Source: Negativicutes bacterium
GTDB lineage: Bacteria; Bacillota; Negativicutes; UBA1444
NCBI GenBank assembly: GCA_963665275.2
Contig: CAXXIN010000018.1
Location: forward strand, 352,001 to 416,000
Length of the DNA: 64,000 bases
Reading direction: 5' to 3'
In this document: piece after piece, positions 20,556 to 31,879 of the stretch
Layout: the number at the start of each line of letters is the position of its first letter
How positions within the stretch are numbered: position 1 is the stretch's first letter
Position numbers and translations under genes: made by a program
The notes under the pieces: generated by a model
Told to the model about the DNA's origin: nothing
Seen by the model: only the letters and a program-made list of their open reading frames with translations
Database searches by the model: none

Positions 20556-22262
20556 TCAGACATCTCCTTTCCCATCGGGCCGGAAACTAACGAATTGATC
20601 GATACTCCTGCCGGGTTGGACCATCGGGTCAACCATTATGTCTGCCGCGATTTCCGCTACGATAACAGTTGGGCCCGCATCGGCAAGCGCCTGGGAAAAT
20701 ACCGATGCAAACTCGGATCGGCTTTTGGCATTGAAAGAAGGAACGCCGCAAATTCGCGCAAAACCGGCAAAATCGAACGGGGGCAGGTCAACCGTAGTGT
20801 ATCGCTCAGAACAAAAAACATATTGCAGCTGGCGAACCATTCCCAGTGAGTGATTATCAAGGATAACGCAGATTACTGGCACTTTATTATTAACGATCGT
20901 ATAAAGTTCCATACCGGTCATTTTGAATCCACCGTCGCCGCAAATTACTATCGCGCGCTTTTCGGGACACGCCAATTGAGCGCCCATTGCTGCAGGCAGA
21001 CCAAATCCCATCGTACCCATTCCGCCGGATGTAATCCAGGAACGGGAACTGAAAAGCTGCAAATGTTGGGCCGCCCACATCTGATGCTGACCGACATCGG
21101 TAACCCAAAGGACCGGATTGTTGTTGGTTGTTTCTGACATATACTCCATAATCCAGGCGGGCAACAAGCCTTCGGCGTCCATGGGCTGGATCTCGCCATG
21201 CCGCCAACTGTCGATCTGACGCCACCAGTCGGAAATATCAGGCAGGGGACATTTTTCCGCCTGATGAATAAAGGTTGAAAGGATGACTCGCAAATCACCG
21301 ATCAATTCTACGTCTGGAGTTATGTTTCGCCCGACTTCACCTGCATCCACATCGAGATGAACTATTGTTTTTCCCTCGACAAACAGTCCGCGGTCACTAG
21401 TAACCCTGTCGCTGAACCTGGTGCCGACAGCAAGGATCAAGTCGGAGGCAGCAATGGTCCTGTTGGCCGCTTTATGCCCATGCATCCCGGTCATGCCAAG
21501 GAAGTATGACGTGCGAGTGGGAAGAATCCCCAACCCCATCAAGGTGCTTACTACTGGTATCTGAAAGAGGGATGTGCAGGCAAGAGTCTCGTGCTCAGCT
21601 TCACCTGACCGTATTCCGCCACCGATGATCATCACCGGTCGCTTTGCGGCATAGAGAAGGGCAAGAGCCTTGCTGATTTTGCAGCCGATCTCTGTGTTCT
21701 CTGAATGCACGGACGAAGTGGAATGCGCCGAGATAGTCAATGGCAACTTTTGATAATGATAGTGCGCTGTGAGAACGTCCCGCGGAATGTCGATCAATAC
21801 TGGCCCGGGACGGCCTTCACGCGCCAATGCGAACGCTTCCCTGAGAACATCGGCAAGATTGGAGATTTCTGTTACTAAAAAGTTGTGCTTGGTAATCGGC
21901 ATGGTGATGCCTGTAACGTCGACCCCCTGAAATGCATCCCGCCCAAGGAACGGCGTGGCGACCTGACCGGTTATGGCCACCAGGGGAACAGAATCCATGA
22001 ACGCTGTCGCCAGACCTGTCACCAGGTTGGTTGCTCCTGGGCCTGAGGTGGCGATGCAGACGCCGACCTTTCCTGATGCACGAGCGTATCCATCTGCAGC
22101 ATGAGCTGCGCCTTGTTCATGCACTGTGAGCACATGATGGATGGAGTCTTCGCGCAATGCATCATATAGCGGCAAGATCGCTCCTCCGGGATAACCGAAG
22201 ACTACATCGACCTTTTGCTCACGGAGACATTCAATAATGATGCGACTGCCCGAGCACTCCAT
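20556..22262 (-). CDS. ilvB: acetohydroxyacid synthase large subunit
   Basis: FGYPGGA, HEQ, TSGPG.TN, GRPGPV, RF.DR, DVGQHQMW, ThDP motif GDG...N. Confidence 0.95.
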   Translation of the reverse strand: MECSGSRIIIECLREQKVDVVFGYPGGAILPLYDALREDSIHHVLTVHEQGAAHAADGYARASGKVGVCIATSGPGATNLVTGLATAFMDSVPLVAITGQVATPFLGRDAFQGVDVTGITMPITKHNFLVTEISNLADVLREAFALAREGRPGPVLIDIPRDVLTAHYHYQKLPLTISAHSTSSVHSENTEIGCKISKALALLYAAKRPVMIIGGGIRSGEAEHETLACTSLFQIPVVSTLMGLGILPTRTSYFLGMTGMHGHKAANRTIAASDLILAVGTRFSDRVTSDRGLFVEGKTIVHLDVDAGEVGRNITPDVELIGDLRVILSTFIHQAEKCPLPDISDWWRQIDSWRHGEIQPMDAEGLLPAWIMEYMSETTNNNPVLWVTDVGQHQMWAAQHLQLFSSRSWITSGGMGTMGFGLPAAMGAQLACPEKRAIVICGDGGFKMTGMELYTIVNNKVPVICVILDNHSLGMVRQLQYVFCSERYTTVDLPPFDFAGFARICGVPSFNAKSRSEFASVFSQALADAGPTVIVAEIAADIMVDPMVQPGRSIDQFVSFRPDGKGDV

Positions 22263-22264
22263 GA

Positions 22265-23257
22265 TTATTTCTTGATCCAGGGCATCATTCCCCGGAGTTC
22301 CTTGCCGACAGCTTCGATGGGATGTTCGGCTCCCATGCGGCGCATCGCATTGAAAACGGGGCGGTTGGCCTGGTTTTCAAGGATCCAGGTCTTGGCGAAG
22401 GTCCCATTCTGGATTTCTTTCAGAATTTGTTTCATTTCCGCACGGGTCTGGTCGGTGATGATCCGCGAGCCGGTCATGTAGTCGCCGAATTCCGCCGTAT
22501 CACTGATGGAATACCGCATGCCCGCCATGCCGCCTTCATATAGTAGATCGACGATCAGTTTCATCTCATGCATGCATTCGAAATATGCCGATTCCGGTTG
22601 GTAGCCGGCTTCGACCAGGGTTTCAAAACCAGCGCTGATGAGGGCGGTGACGCCGCCGCAAAGGATGGCCTGTTCACCGAACAGGTCGGTTTCGGTTTCT
22701 TCTTTGAAGGTCGTTGCCAACACGCCGGCCCGGGTTCCGCCGATGCCCCGTGCGTAAGCAAGGCCGATTTCGCGGGCCATTCCTGTGCTGTCCTGATGAA
22801 CGGCGAGCAGGCAGGGGACGCCGGCGCCTTCGCTGAACTGGCGGCGGACCAGATGACCGGGGCCTTTGGGTGCGACCATGAATACGTCGATATCATCCGC
22901 AGGCTGAATCTGTCCAAAGTGAATGTTAAACCCGTGGGCAAAAGCAAGGGCCGAGCCGGAACGGAGGTTGGGAGCTACCTGTTCGCGGTAGGTCGCAGCC
23001 TGTTTTTCATCGGGGATCAGCATCATGACAACATCTGCCCATGCAGTTGCTTCGGATACGCTGGCGACTTTGAGACCGGCGGCTTCGGCTTTTGCCCAGG
23101 ATTTACTTCCCGTATAGAGTCCAACGGTGACATCGACGCCGCTTTCTTTCAGATTGAGCGCATGCGCATGGCCCTGACTTCCATAGCCGATAACGGCTAC
23201 TTTGCGGTCCAACATGAGATCCCAGTTTGCATCCTGATCATAATAAAGTTTTTTCAT
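22265..23257 (-). CDS. ilvC: ketol-acid reductoisomerase
   Basis: [39 protein letters not shown]. Confidence 0.98.
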   Translation of the reverse strand: MKKLYYDQDANWDLMLDRKVAVIGYGSQGHAHALNLKESGVDVTVGLYTGSKSWAKAEAAGLKVASVSEATAWADVVMMLIPDEKQAATYREQVAPNLRSGSALAFAHGFNIHFGQIQPADDIDVFMVAPKGPGHLVRRQFSEGAGVPCLLAVHQDSTGMAREIGLAYARGIGGTRAGVLATTFKEETETDLFGEQAILCGGVTALISAGFETLVEAGYQPESAYFECMHEMKLIVDLLYEGGMAGMRYSISDTAEFGDYMTGSRIITDQTRAEMKQILKEIQNGTFAKTWILENQANRPVFNAMRRMGAEHPIEAVGKELRGMMPWIKK

Positions 23258-23271
23258 TCAATTAATCCTCC

Positions 23272-23376
23272 TTAAAATGGGTTGCTGCATGGATCTTTAA
23301 ATTCTTCGGGAATAGGCGGCAGTGTCGCGGAATTGGCATTATGGCTGGCATTTTGATCATAACTAATATTTTTCAT
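23272..23376 (-). CDS. 34-aa small ORF with IlvC-like N-terminus (below ORF-track cutoff)
   Basis: AGGAGG RBS then MKNISYDQNASHNANSATLPPIPEEFKDPCSNPF*; its TAA overlaps the ilvC RBS. Confidence 0.5.
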   Translation of the reverse strand: MKNISYDQNASHNANSATLPPIPEEFKDPCSNPF

Positions 23377-23429
23377 CTGTTTGTTCCTCCTAAATATCGT
23401 TAATTTATCACGTTGAAGCTTCACTTGGT

Positions 23430-23681
23430 CTAAGAATTGGCGGTAGTGCCGTCGGACAGGGATGCGCCGACTACATGGGCCAGGTTCGAAACCTGCCGCC
23501 GGAGTTGTTCGGCTTTTGGCCTGCCGCAGTTCAGCACCGCCATTACCCTGGCATTGCCGCTATCAGATTCGGCAGCGTAGGAGAAGCTCTCGATCAATAC
23601 GCCTCGTCTGTAGCACAGGCCGGTCAGCCGGACAAGTGTATCCGCCTGGTTTTTTAGTACTACTGAAAGAAATTGTTTCAC
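23430..23681 (-). CDS. ilvN: ACT-domain AHAS regulatory subunit (short IlvN/IlvM-like)
   Basis: GTG after GGAGG; N..DTL.RLTGL..RRG..IESF and Q..NL..V ACT pattern; first gene after the T-box. Confidence 0.75.
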   Translation of the reverse strand: MKQFLSVVLKNQADTLVRLTGLCYRRGVLIESFSYAAESDSGNARVMAVLNCGRPKAEQLRRQVSNLAHVVGASLSDGTTANS

Positions 23682-23721
23682 GGGAACGCCTCCTTTTTTA
23701 TTTTGATTTGCTGTTCCAGAT

Positions 23722-23975
23722 ATGAAAAGCCCCTGAAGCCGCACAGCGCTATGCGGCTTCAGGGGCGAATTCTTCGCGGTACCACCCTGGTTTTTTCTCA
23801 TTCTCGATGTTATCGAGATTCCCTTAACGTGGGAATGCGTCCAAACCTACTCACTTTCCAGTTTTTAGTCAGGAGGTTCGTGGGCGACAGGATCAGTTAT
23901 GCGCACCGGTTTTCACCAACCACCGGCTCTCTGAAGCTGCAATGAAACTGAACCGCTCCCATTCATCACCTTTGA
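23722..23975 (-). ncRNA. T-box riboswitch leader of the ilv operon (candidate specifier GUC, Val)
   Basis: Reverse strand: GATGAA, CAGAGAG, GGTGAAA apical loop, AGTA, CGTTA, T-box AGGGTGGTACCGCG, terminator GCCCCTGAAGCCGCA..TGCGGCTTCAGGGGC-TTTT. Confidence 0.9.
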
Positions 23976-24005
23976 TGCGATTAAATTGTTAATGATTTTG
24001 TATAC

Positions 24006-24034
24006 ATTATCATTCAGGTAAGAATATATGTCAA
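24006..24034 (-). promoter_or_regulatory. sigma-A promoter of the T-box/ilv operon
   Basis: TTGACA-N17-GATAAT on the minus strand. Confidence 0.7.
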
Positions 24035-24188
24035 TAGTAAACATGGAATATTTACATTTAGACTAAATGTATTAAAATTTTAGTACATTTAGCTGCTGTG
24101 AGGTTCCACTTGCAAATTATCATTGACCAGATTTACACAAATGGCATAAAATTAATTAATATAATGTGCGAGATCGGGGGAGATAGCT

Positions 24189-24959
24189 ATGCTACTGAAT
24201 GAAATTAACCAATTGATGACGGACTTCACCCGCACGAGTCCGCTGAATGTTGCGCCTGAGCTGGATGGTTTGCGAATATTTGATCCACCACTGATGGGGA
24301 TAGCGACCGCTGACGACCCCATGTTTTTGAGTCTTAAACTGCCGGCAGCTGTTGGACCACTTCATATGTTGCCGCAGGAATGGTTACCAGGAGCTGAAAC
24401 CGTCATTTCTTATTTTCTGCCCTTCACGAAAACTGTCCGTACATCCAACCGGCAGCCCGGTTTGCCTTCCAAAGAATGGTTGTACGGCAGGATCGAGGGG
24501 CAGGCCTTCAATGTTGCTTTGAGCAGGATGTTGGTGGAGCAGTTGAAAAGGGCCGGCAATCTGGCTGTCTGTCCGGCAGAGGATTCCCGATTCGCCATTG
24601 CCGATCGCCGCAGTAACTGGTCTGAGCGCCATGTGGCATTTATTGCCGGCTTGGGAACGATAAGCCTGAATCGATCCCTGATAACGCGATTAGGTGCGGC
24701 CGGCCGGATCGGCAGCGTGTTGACAGACCTGACACTGCCTGTCACCCCTCGCTATTACACTAAAATAGAGGAAAATTGCAGTCATTGCGGCGCCTGCATC
24801 GGGCGTTGCCCGCCTCAGGCCATTAGTGAAACAGGGAAGGACCATGCGATCTGTTCGAGTTATCTTGACAGCACTCTCGCCCGGTTTACGCCACGATACG
24901 GTTGTGGAAAATGTCAGACTGCCGTGCCCTGTGAAATGAGAATCCCATTGCCAAAGTGA
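24189..24959 (+). CDS. epoxyqueuosine reductase (QueG)-like 4Fe-4S protein
   Basis: WSERHVAFIAGLG, GR.GS.LT, CSHCGACIGRCP and C..CGKCQTAVPC. Confidence 0.75.
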   Translation: MLLNEINQLMTDFTRTSPLNVAPELDGLRIFDPPLMGIATADDPMFLSLKLPAAVGPLHMLPQEWLPGAETVISYFLPFTKTVRTSNRQPGLPSKEWLYGRIEGQAFNVALSRMLVEQLKRAGNLAVCPAEDSRFAIADRRSNWSERHVAFIAGLGTISLNRSLITRLGAAGRIGSVLTDLTLPVTPRYYTKIEENCSHCGACIGRCPPQAISETGKDHAICSSYLDSTLARFTPRYGCGKCQTAVPCEMRIPLPK

Positions 24960-24995
24960 CAGGGCTTGCAGATTTGTCAGGCTATAAAGGTTTGT

Positions 24996-25024
24996 TTGAC
25001 GATATCACCTGTTTCTTGTATAAT
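24996..25024 (+). promoter_or_regulatory. sigma-A promoter of the ileS leader
   Basis: TTGACG-N17-TATAAT. Confidence 0.75.
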
Positions 25025-25056
25025 AAGCCGGTAATATGCTTTTAATATGACAAATA

Positions 25057-25292
25057 CAATGATGGAGACAAGTAGCCACAGCTACGGCTGACAGCGAACC
25101 GGGACATGGTGGAAGCCCGGCGGACCGTACTGAGGTGAACATCACTCCGGAGTTACGGACCGAATCGGCAGTAGGCTCCGTCGTGTGACGTGCGTTATAG
25201 CGTTTCAAGTGACCCGCGATGGGGTCATTAGGGTGGTACCACGGGAACAAGTCCTCTCGTCCCTTGCGGATGTGTGAGGACTTTATTTTTTT
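25057..25292 (+). ncRNA. T-box riboswitch (Ile, specifier AUC at 25141-25143)
   Basis: GATGGAG..AGTA..CAGCGA..GGTGGAA..GAAC-ATC-A-CTCC; T-box AGGGTGGTACCACG; terminator GTCCTC..GAGGAC plus T run. Confidence 0.93.
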
Positions 25293-25304
25293 GGAGGTGT
25301 TATT

Positions 25305-28100
25305 GTGGATTATTCAAAGACGCTTAACCTACCACAGACAGAATTTCCGATGCGGGCAAATCTGCCGGAACGCGAGCCACAGATGCTCAGCTATTGGCAG
25401 GATGAAAAAATTTACGAGAAAAAACAGGCCGCAGCAGCAGGACGGCCCAAGTTTGTCCTTCATGACGGACCTCCGTATGCCAACGGCAATATCCATATCG
25501 GTACTGCTCTGAATAAGATTCTCAAGGATATTATTGTAAAGTATAAATCTTTGCAGGGATTTGATTCACCTTATGTGCCAGGCTGGGATACACATGGGTT
25601 GCCAATCGAACATGCAGCCATTAAAATCCTCGGCCTGAACCGTCACGAACTCGATCCGCTCGATCTGAGAAGGGAATGCCGTCAGTATGCCCTGAAGTGT
25701 CTCGATATGCAGCGGGAGGATTTCAAACGTCTCGGCGTCGCCGGTGACTGGGAAAATCCATATATTACCCTGAATGCGCCCTATGAGGGGAAACAGATCG
25801 AAGTGTTCGGTGAGATGGCAAAGCAGGGTTTTATTTACAAGGGGTTGAAGTCGGTCTACTGGTGTCCAAGTTGCGAGACCGCACTTGCAGAGGCCGAAAT
25901 TGAATATGCGGAAAAGAAATCGCATACGATCTTCGTGAAATTTCCCTTGGTTGATGCCAAAGGCTTCCTGCCGGAAGGTGTCGATCCTGAAAAAGCCTTT
26001 GGCGTGATCTGGACGACGACGCCGTGGACGATTCCCGCCAATGTAGCGATTGCTGTGCACCCGGAGTTCGAATACGCCTGGGTTGCCAACGGTGAAGAAG
26101 TATACCTTATGGCTACAGGACTGCTGGAAAGCGTGAAGAAAGCAACAGGCATAGCCGAGCTTAAAATATTGAATACGTTTAAAGGCACCGACGCCGATGG
26201 TATGCAGTTCCGTCATCCGTTCCTGGATCGGCTTTCACCGGTTGTTCTTGCTGATTATGTCACGCTGGAAGCTGGGACAGGTTGCGTTCATACGGCGCCG
26301 GGACACGGACAGGACGACTTCGAGACGGGAATGAAATACAAATTGCCGATCATCAATCCTATCGACCCTGCTGGTAAATTTACCGCCGAGGGTGGAAAAT
26401 ATGAAGGCCTGTCTGTCGATGATGCCAATGTTCCCATTATTAAAGATCTGGCTGCTATCGGAGCTTTACTTGGCAAGGGATCGATCCGCCATCAATATGC
26501 CCACTGCTGGAGATGTAAAAACCCCATCATTTATCGATCAACAGAGCAGTGGTTTGCCTCCATCGACGGGTTTCGGGCGGCAGCGCTCAAAGCCATTGAA
26601 GATGTAACCTGGATCCCCTCCTGGGGTGAAGAGCGTATTCACAATATGATCGCCGACCGCAAAGATTGGTGTATTTCGCGTCAACGAACCTGGGGTGTAC
26701 CGATTCCTATTTTCTATTGTGAGGAATGCGACAAACATATCATCAACGATGCGACGGTGAAGGCTGTCAGTGAACTGTTCACGATCGAAGGCTCTGATTC
26801 TTGGTGGGCTCGCAGCGCGGCTGAGATTCTACCGGCCGGTTTTGCCTGCCCGCATTGTGGACACGACAAATTTCGCAAGGAAACTGATACGATGGATGTT
26901 TGGTTCGATAGCGGCTCGAGCCATGCCGCCGTTCTGACCCAGCGTCCCGAGCTCCACTGGCCTGCCGAAATGTATCTGGAAGGCAGCGATCAGCATCGCG
27001 GCTGGTTTCATTCTTCGCTTTTGACTTCTGTCGCTACCCGTGGTAGAGCGCCATACCTTTCGGTATTGACCCATGGCTTCGTTGTGGACGGTGAAGGCCG
27101 TAAAATGTCAAAATCTGTAGGTAATACGATCTATCCGCAAGATGTTATCCAAAAATATGGCGCGGATGTTTTGCGCTTGTGGGTGGCCTCAGCCGATTAT
27201 CAGGCCGATATCCGCATCTCGAATGAAATCCTGAAACAGTTATCGGAAGTCTATCGCAAGATTCGCAATACATTCCGCTATATGCTGGGGAATCTATATG
27301 ATTTCGATCCAAAAATGGATTGTGTTGCATATGAAAACCTGCAAGAAATTGATAAATGGGCATTGTTACGCTTGGAACAGGTAAGAGAAAAGGTAACAAA
27401 AGCATACGATGAATATCAGTTCCACTCCCTGTATCATACCGTTCATAATTTCTGCACTGTGGATCTCAGTTCGATATATTTCGACATTCTGAAAGATCGG
27501 TTATACGCATCAAATCCGAGCTCTGTCGAACGCCGGGCAGCGCAGACAGTTTTGTATGAACTGCTGCAATCTTTGGTGGTATTCGTCGCGCCTGTGCTGA
27601 CTTTCTCATCGGAAGAAGTATGGCAGCATATGAATAAACGTTCCGATATGCCGACAAGCGTGCAATTGGCAGCTTGGCCGTCTGCGCATCCCGAGTATCT
27701 GGATGCAGCGCTTGCATCCAAGTGGGAATCTCTGCTTGAATTGCGCGGCGAAGTGACCAAAGCCCTTGAAATTGCCAGACGAAATAAAGAAATCGGCAAC
27801 GCTCTGGATGCCGATTTGGTTATTTACGCGGACGGAGCGTCCTATGAATTATTAAAAGCGGTGGAAGCGGAATTGCCAAACTATTTGATCGTTTCCGGCG
27901 TCAAGCTTGTGTCGGGTGTCGTCTCCGCTCCAGCAGGTTCCTGCCGGGCAGATGACCTGCCAATTGCCGTTGTGGTAATCCCTTCTACGGCAGAAAAATG
28001 CGAGCGCTGCTGGATTCATACAGAATTGACTTCCGTGTCTAATGACGAACCAGGCCTTTGTGCCCGTTGCGCGGGCGTCATGGCTGAGACGCAGGGTTAG
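25305..28100 (+). CDS. ileS: isoleucine--tRNA ligase (type 1)
   Basis: [37 protein letters not shown]-terminal CERC..CARC zinc finger. Confidence 0.98.
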   Translation: MDYSKTLNLPQTEFPMRANLPEREPQMLSYWQDEKIYEKKQAAAAGRPKFVLHDGPPYANGNIHIGTALNKILKDIIVKYKSLQGFDSPYVPGWDTHGLPIEHAAIKILGLNRHELDPLDLRRECRQYALKCLDMQREDFKRLGVAGDWENPYITLNAPYEGKQIEVFGEMAKQGFIYKGLKSVYWCPSCETALAEAEIEYAEKKSHTIFVKFPLVDAKGFLPEGVDPEKAFGVIWTTTPWTIPANVAIAVHPEFEYAWVANGEEVYLMATGLLESVKKATGIAELKILNTFKGTDADGMQFRHPFLDRLSPVVLADYVTLEAGTGCVHTAPGHGQDDFETGMKYKLPIINPIDPAGKFTAEGGKYEGLSVDDANVPIIKDLAAIGALLGKGSIRHQYAHCWRCKNPIIYRSTEQWFASIDGFRAAALKAIEDVTWIPSWGEERIHNMIADRKDWCISRQRTWGVPIPIFYCEECDKHIINDATVKAVSELFTIEGSDSWWARSAAEILPAGFACPHCGHDKFRKETDTMDVWFDSGSSHAAVLTQRPELHWPAEMYLEGSDQHRGWFHSSLLTSVATRGRAPYLSVLTHGFVVDGEGRKMSKSVGNTIYPQDVIQKYGADVLRLWVASADYQADIRISNEILKQLSEVYRKIRNTFRYMLGNLYDFDPKMDCVAYENLQEIDKWALLRLEQVREKVTKAYDEYQFHSLYHTVHNFCTVDLSSIYFDILKDRLYASNPSSVERRAAQTVLYELLQSLVVFVAPVLTFSSEEVWQHMNKRSDMPTSVQLAAWPSAHPEYLDAALASKWESLLELRGEVTKALEIARRNKEIGNALDADLVIYADGASYELLKAVEAELPNYLIVSGVKLVSGVVSAPAGSCRADDLPIAVVVIPSTAEKCERCWIHTELTSVSNDEPGLCARCAGVMAETQG

Positions 28101-28144
28101 AAAACTCTGCGATGAACCATCGGCAAAAGGAAAAGGAGACTAAC

Positions 28145-28618
28145 GTGGCGCTTATTGGGCTGTCGGCTGTTGTCATATTGATTGATCAGGCGACAAAATT
28201 TTGGATACAATCCCGAATGGCTTATGGCGCGTCTAGAGCTGTTATCACAGACGTGTTTCACATCACGTATATTTTGAATCCGGGCGCAGCCTTCGGAATT
28301 CTCGAAAATAAAACCTGGTTTTTTGTTCTTGTCGCTTTATTGTTGGTTGCCGGCGTCGCATACATTTACCCGCGCCTGCCGGCAGACCGGCCTTTATTGA
28401 AATTCGGGGCAGGTCTTTTAACAGGAGGCGCAATTGGCAATTTGATCGACAGAATTCGTATCGGCTATGTGGTGGATTTTTTTGATTTCCGAATCTGGCC
28501 GATTTTCAATGTTGCGGACATCTGTATTGTCTGCGGCGTAGGTTGTCTGGCATACGTGCTGCTCACGACTCCTGATGAACCCCCATCAGACAGAGGAAGA
28601 AGAGACGTCGATGGATGA
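28145..28618 (+). CDS. lspA: lipoprotein signal peptidase II
   Basis: DQ.TK, N.GAAFG, GA.GNLIDR, VVDF, FNVAD. Confidence 0.96.
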   Translation: MALIGLSAVVILIDQATKFWIQSRMAYGASRAVITDVFHITYILNPGAAFGILENKTWFFVLVALLLVAGVAYIYPRLPADRPLLKFGAGLLTGGAIGNLIDRIRIGYVVDFFDFRIWPIFNVADICIVCGVGCLAYVLLTTPDEPPSDRGRRDVDG

Positions 28619-29534
28619 AATGCTGGAATTTCAGATCGATTCTGATGCGCATGAACAACGATTGGATGTTTTTTTAACAGCGAACGTTCAGGCGGTGACC
28701 CGCTCTTTCATACAGCGATTGATTACGGAGGGGCAGGCCTGTGTCAATGGGAAAATCCGGACCAAGACCGGGTATAGTTTGACAGTAGGCGACTTTGTTC
28801 AATTGAAATTGCCCGAACCGGTCTGCTCTGAAGTTTCACCGGAAGCCATTCCTCTGGACATCCTGTTTGAAGATGATCAAATGGCGGTAATCAATAAAGC
28901 CCGGGGCATGGTGGTCCATCCTGCGGCGGGGAATCAGAGGGGAACACTAGTGAATGCACTGCTTTCCCATTGTCAGGATCTCTCAGGCATCAACGGGGTT
29001 ATTCGACCGGGGATTGTTCATCGTTTGGACAAGGATACCTCCGGTGTCATGCTGGTCGCAAAAACAGATCAGGCGCACGTTTCGTTGGCGGAGCAAATCA
29101 AAGCCCATACGGCGGGGCGTATGTATCTGGCTGTCGTACACGGGAATTTCGCGCAGGAAGAGGGGCGTATCGAAGGCGCGATTGGGCGTAACCCCAAGGA
29201 CCGCAAAAAAATGTCGATTGTGCACCAGGGAGGCAAAGCCGCGGTCACTCATTTCAAAGTCTTGGAACGAATTGGTCGCTTCAGTTTGCTATCCTGTGCT
29301 CTTGAAACGGGACGAACGCATCAGATTCGGGTTCATTTGTCATCGATTGGACATCCAGTTGTCGGTGATCCGAAATACGGCCCGACGCCAACCGGATTTT
29401 CGATCAAAGGACAGGCGCTGCACTCCTCGCAGATTCATTTCAAACATCCGCGAACCGACGAAGAAATGACTTTTTCGGCAGCCTTGCCGCAAGATATGTT
29501 GGATTTGCTGGAGAAATTGCGACACTCCAGATAA
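28611..29534 (+). CDS. rluD: RluA/RluD-family 23S rRNA pseudouridine synthase
   Basis: N-terminal S4 domain, GIVHRLDKDTSG, TGRTHQIRVH. Confidence 0.9.
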   Translation: MDEMLEFQIDSDAHEQRLDVFLTANVQAVTRSFIQRLITEGQACVNGKIRTKTGYSLTVGDFVQLKLPEPVCSEVSPEAIPLDILFEDDQMAVINKARGMVVHPAAGNQRGTLVNALLSHCQDLSGINGVIRPGIVHRLDKDTSGVMLVAKTDQAHVSLAEQIKAHTAGRMYLAVVHGNFAQEEGRIEGAIGRNPKDRKKMSIVHQGGKAAVTHFKVLERIGRFSLLSCALETGRTHQIRVHLSSIGHPVVGDPKYGPTPTGFSIKGQALHSSQIHFKHPRTDEEMTFSAALPQDMLDLLEKLRHSR

Positions 29535-30110
<576 letters not shown>

Positions 30111-30114
30111 CTTT

Positions 30115-31879
30115 TTACTGCATCAGGCGGGCAACCGTCGATGCTTCGGGGGTGACCCTGAGCGTCTTCTGCTTTTCGTAGATTACGAACCCAGGTTTAG
30201 CGCCTGAAGGCTTTTTGACATATCTTCGTTCGGTGTAATCCACCGGCACATTGGCTGATTCACGGGCTTTGGAAAACCAGGCGGCGATATGCGCCGCCAT
30301 TTCAATGTCATCGTTCAATGCCGGACTACTGGCGCTTCTCAGGATGACATGGGAACCGGGAATATCTTTGGTATGAAACCAGAAATCTCGCGGTTGGGCT
30401 GTTTTGAAGGTTACCAGATCGTTTTGACGATTATTTCGTCCCACAAAGAGCACGGATCCAGAGGGCAATAGGATTTTGCGAGGCTCCGAGGGCTTGGCGG
30501 CAGGACGGGAACGGCCGGCTTTCTGCATGTATCCGGCTTCAACGAGCTCCTGGATTATTTCCAGCAATTCCTGACGGGTAACGGTTTCGCTCAAAGAGAG
30601 CGCGACACTTTCCAGATAAAGAGTGTCTTCCCGGCATTGGGTAATCTGTTTTTGAATCAACTCCTGGGCGCGTTTGGCACGGGAGTATTTTTTGTAATAA
30701 CGCTGTACATTCGCCATCGGCGAAAGCGACGGATCCAGTGGTATATCTACCATCGGCTGCCTTCGGTCATCGGCTGCTAATTCTGAGAACAAATCCGGAA
30801 CCTGAATCTGCGATTGCCCTACGGTCATCAAATGCAGGCTGGCCATCAGCAAGTCAGCGTTGTGACGATAATCATCCGCATTTTGCGACTCAAGGAGTTC
30901 CTGTTTCAGCAGCGCCAACTTGCGCTCTGCTTTTTCGAGCTCGGTTTTGACGCGGCGCAGCGTTTCCTGATGTGCAGTAGTCTTGGGCGCAGCAGTGAGA
31001 GTGGCGGCGTATGCTATGGCGTCATTCAGTGATGGAAACTCGCGAAGCTCAGGCGCATCCAGATGGGTTGGCTTGAACGTGGCAACGGCCAGCAGGTTGC
31101 CGGAGTCATCAAGGGCTGCATAGGCCGGTGTGGGTAACGCAGAATACGGGGCGATAAAGGAACGCAGCGCGGCGGACAGGGCCAACTGATCATGGTCGCT
31201 AAGAATTCCAGAGAGTTGTGTTCCTTTCAAACCGGACCGGAACAATATTTCTGCGACTCCGAAAGGGCCGATTCCTTCGATTGCCGCCATCAGTGATTTC
31301 GTTAGGGTCAGGGTTGGAAACTGAGTCAGAGCCTTAACCATTTCTTCCGACCTTACCTGAAGCGGATTCAGACGGGGACGGACCGGGGGGTGGGACATAG
31401 GCGATGCCCGGCACGATTTGGCGTACCCGGCTGGTATTGAGGCCGACCCTTCGGGCTGCATCAATAATTATCCCATCAAAACACAAGATCAAATTACTGT
31501 TCTTCCCAGCCAACTCGATGGTTAGAGTTTTGGTATCGATTTTGCCCAAACCGTCCCGGATATCAATTTGCAGATGCAGGACCCGGTCAAGGCCCTCCTG
31601 CTGAGTGACGGCCGCGATACGCCCGTCGAGCAGGTGCTTCCGCAGCAACATGCAGAGTGAGGAGGGATCGGGGGGATTCTCGCGGGATTCTTGCGTGAGA
31701 TGCATCCGGGGATCGCCGGGGTCGATGGAAATAGCTAGGGCGTAATCTCGATCTGTTTGTCTGATTTTGAGCACAAAAAGATAACGGGTCGGTTGCAGAA
31801 TTTTTTCAATCCGGCCGCCTGCCAGTTTTTGGTCGAGTTCGGATGCAAGTGTGTAAACGGAAAGTCCTTCAATATTCAT
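30115..31879 (-). CDS. rqcH: NFACT/FbpA ribosome quality control protein RqcH; frameshifted near 31385-31390 as sequenced
   Basis: N part LRKHL..G, DRV, E.AGK.SN, RQIVPGIAYVPPP; C part ..RLNPL, GRNN.QND, FH.KDIPGSHV, VDYT.RRYVKKP; frames join at a G6 run. Confidence 0.85.

Noticed and set aside
22568-23275. 235-aa antisense ORF over ilvC, and similar long antisense ORFs such as 60287-61162, 25566-26216 and 418-1044
   Set aside because: Shadow frames of conserved genes with no recognisable motifs
25470-25510. HIGT instead of HIGH in IleRS as a mupirocin-resistance trait
   Set aside because: The protein is otherwise a type 1 IleRS with the C-terminal zinc finger, and variation at this position occurs in housekeeping enzymes
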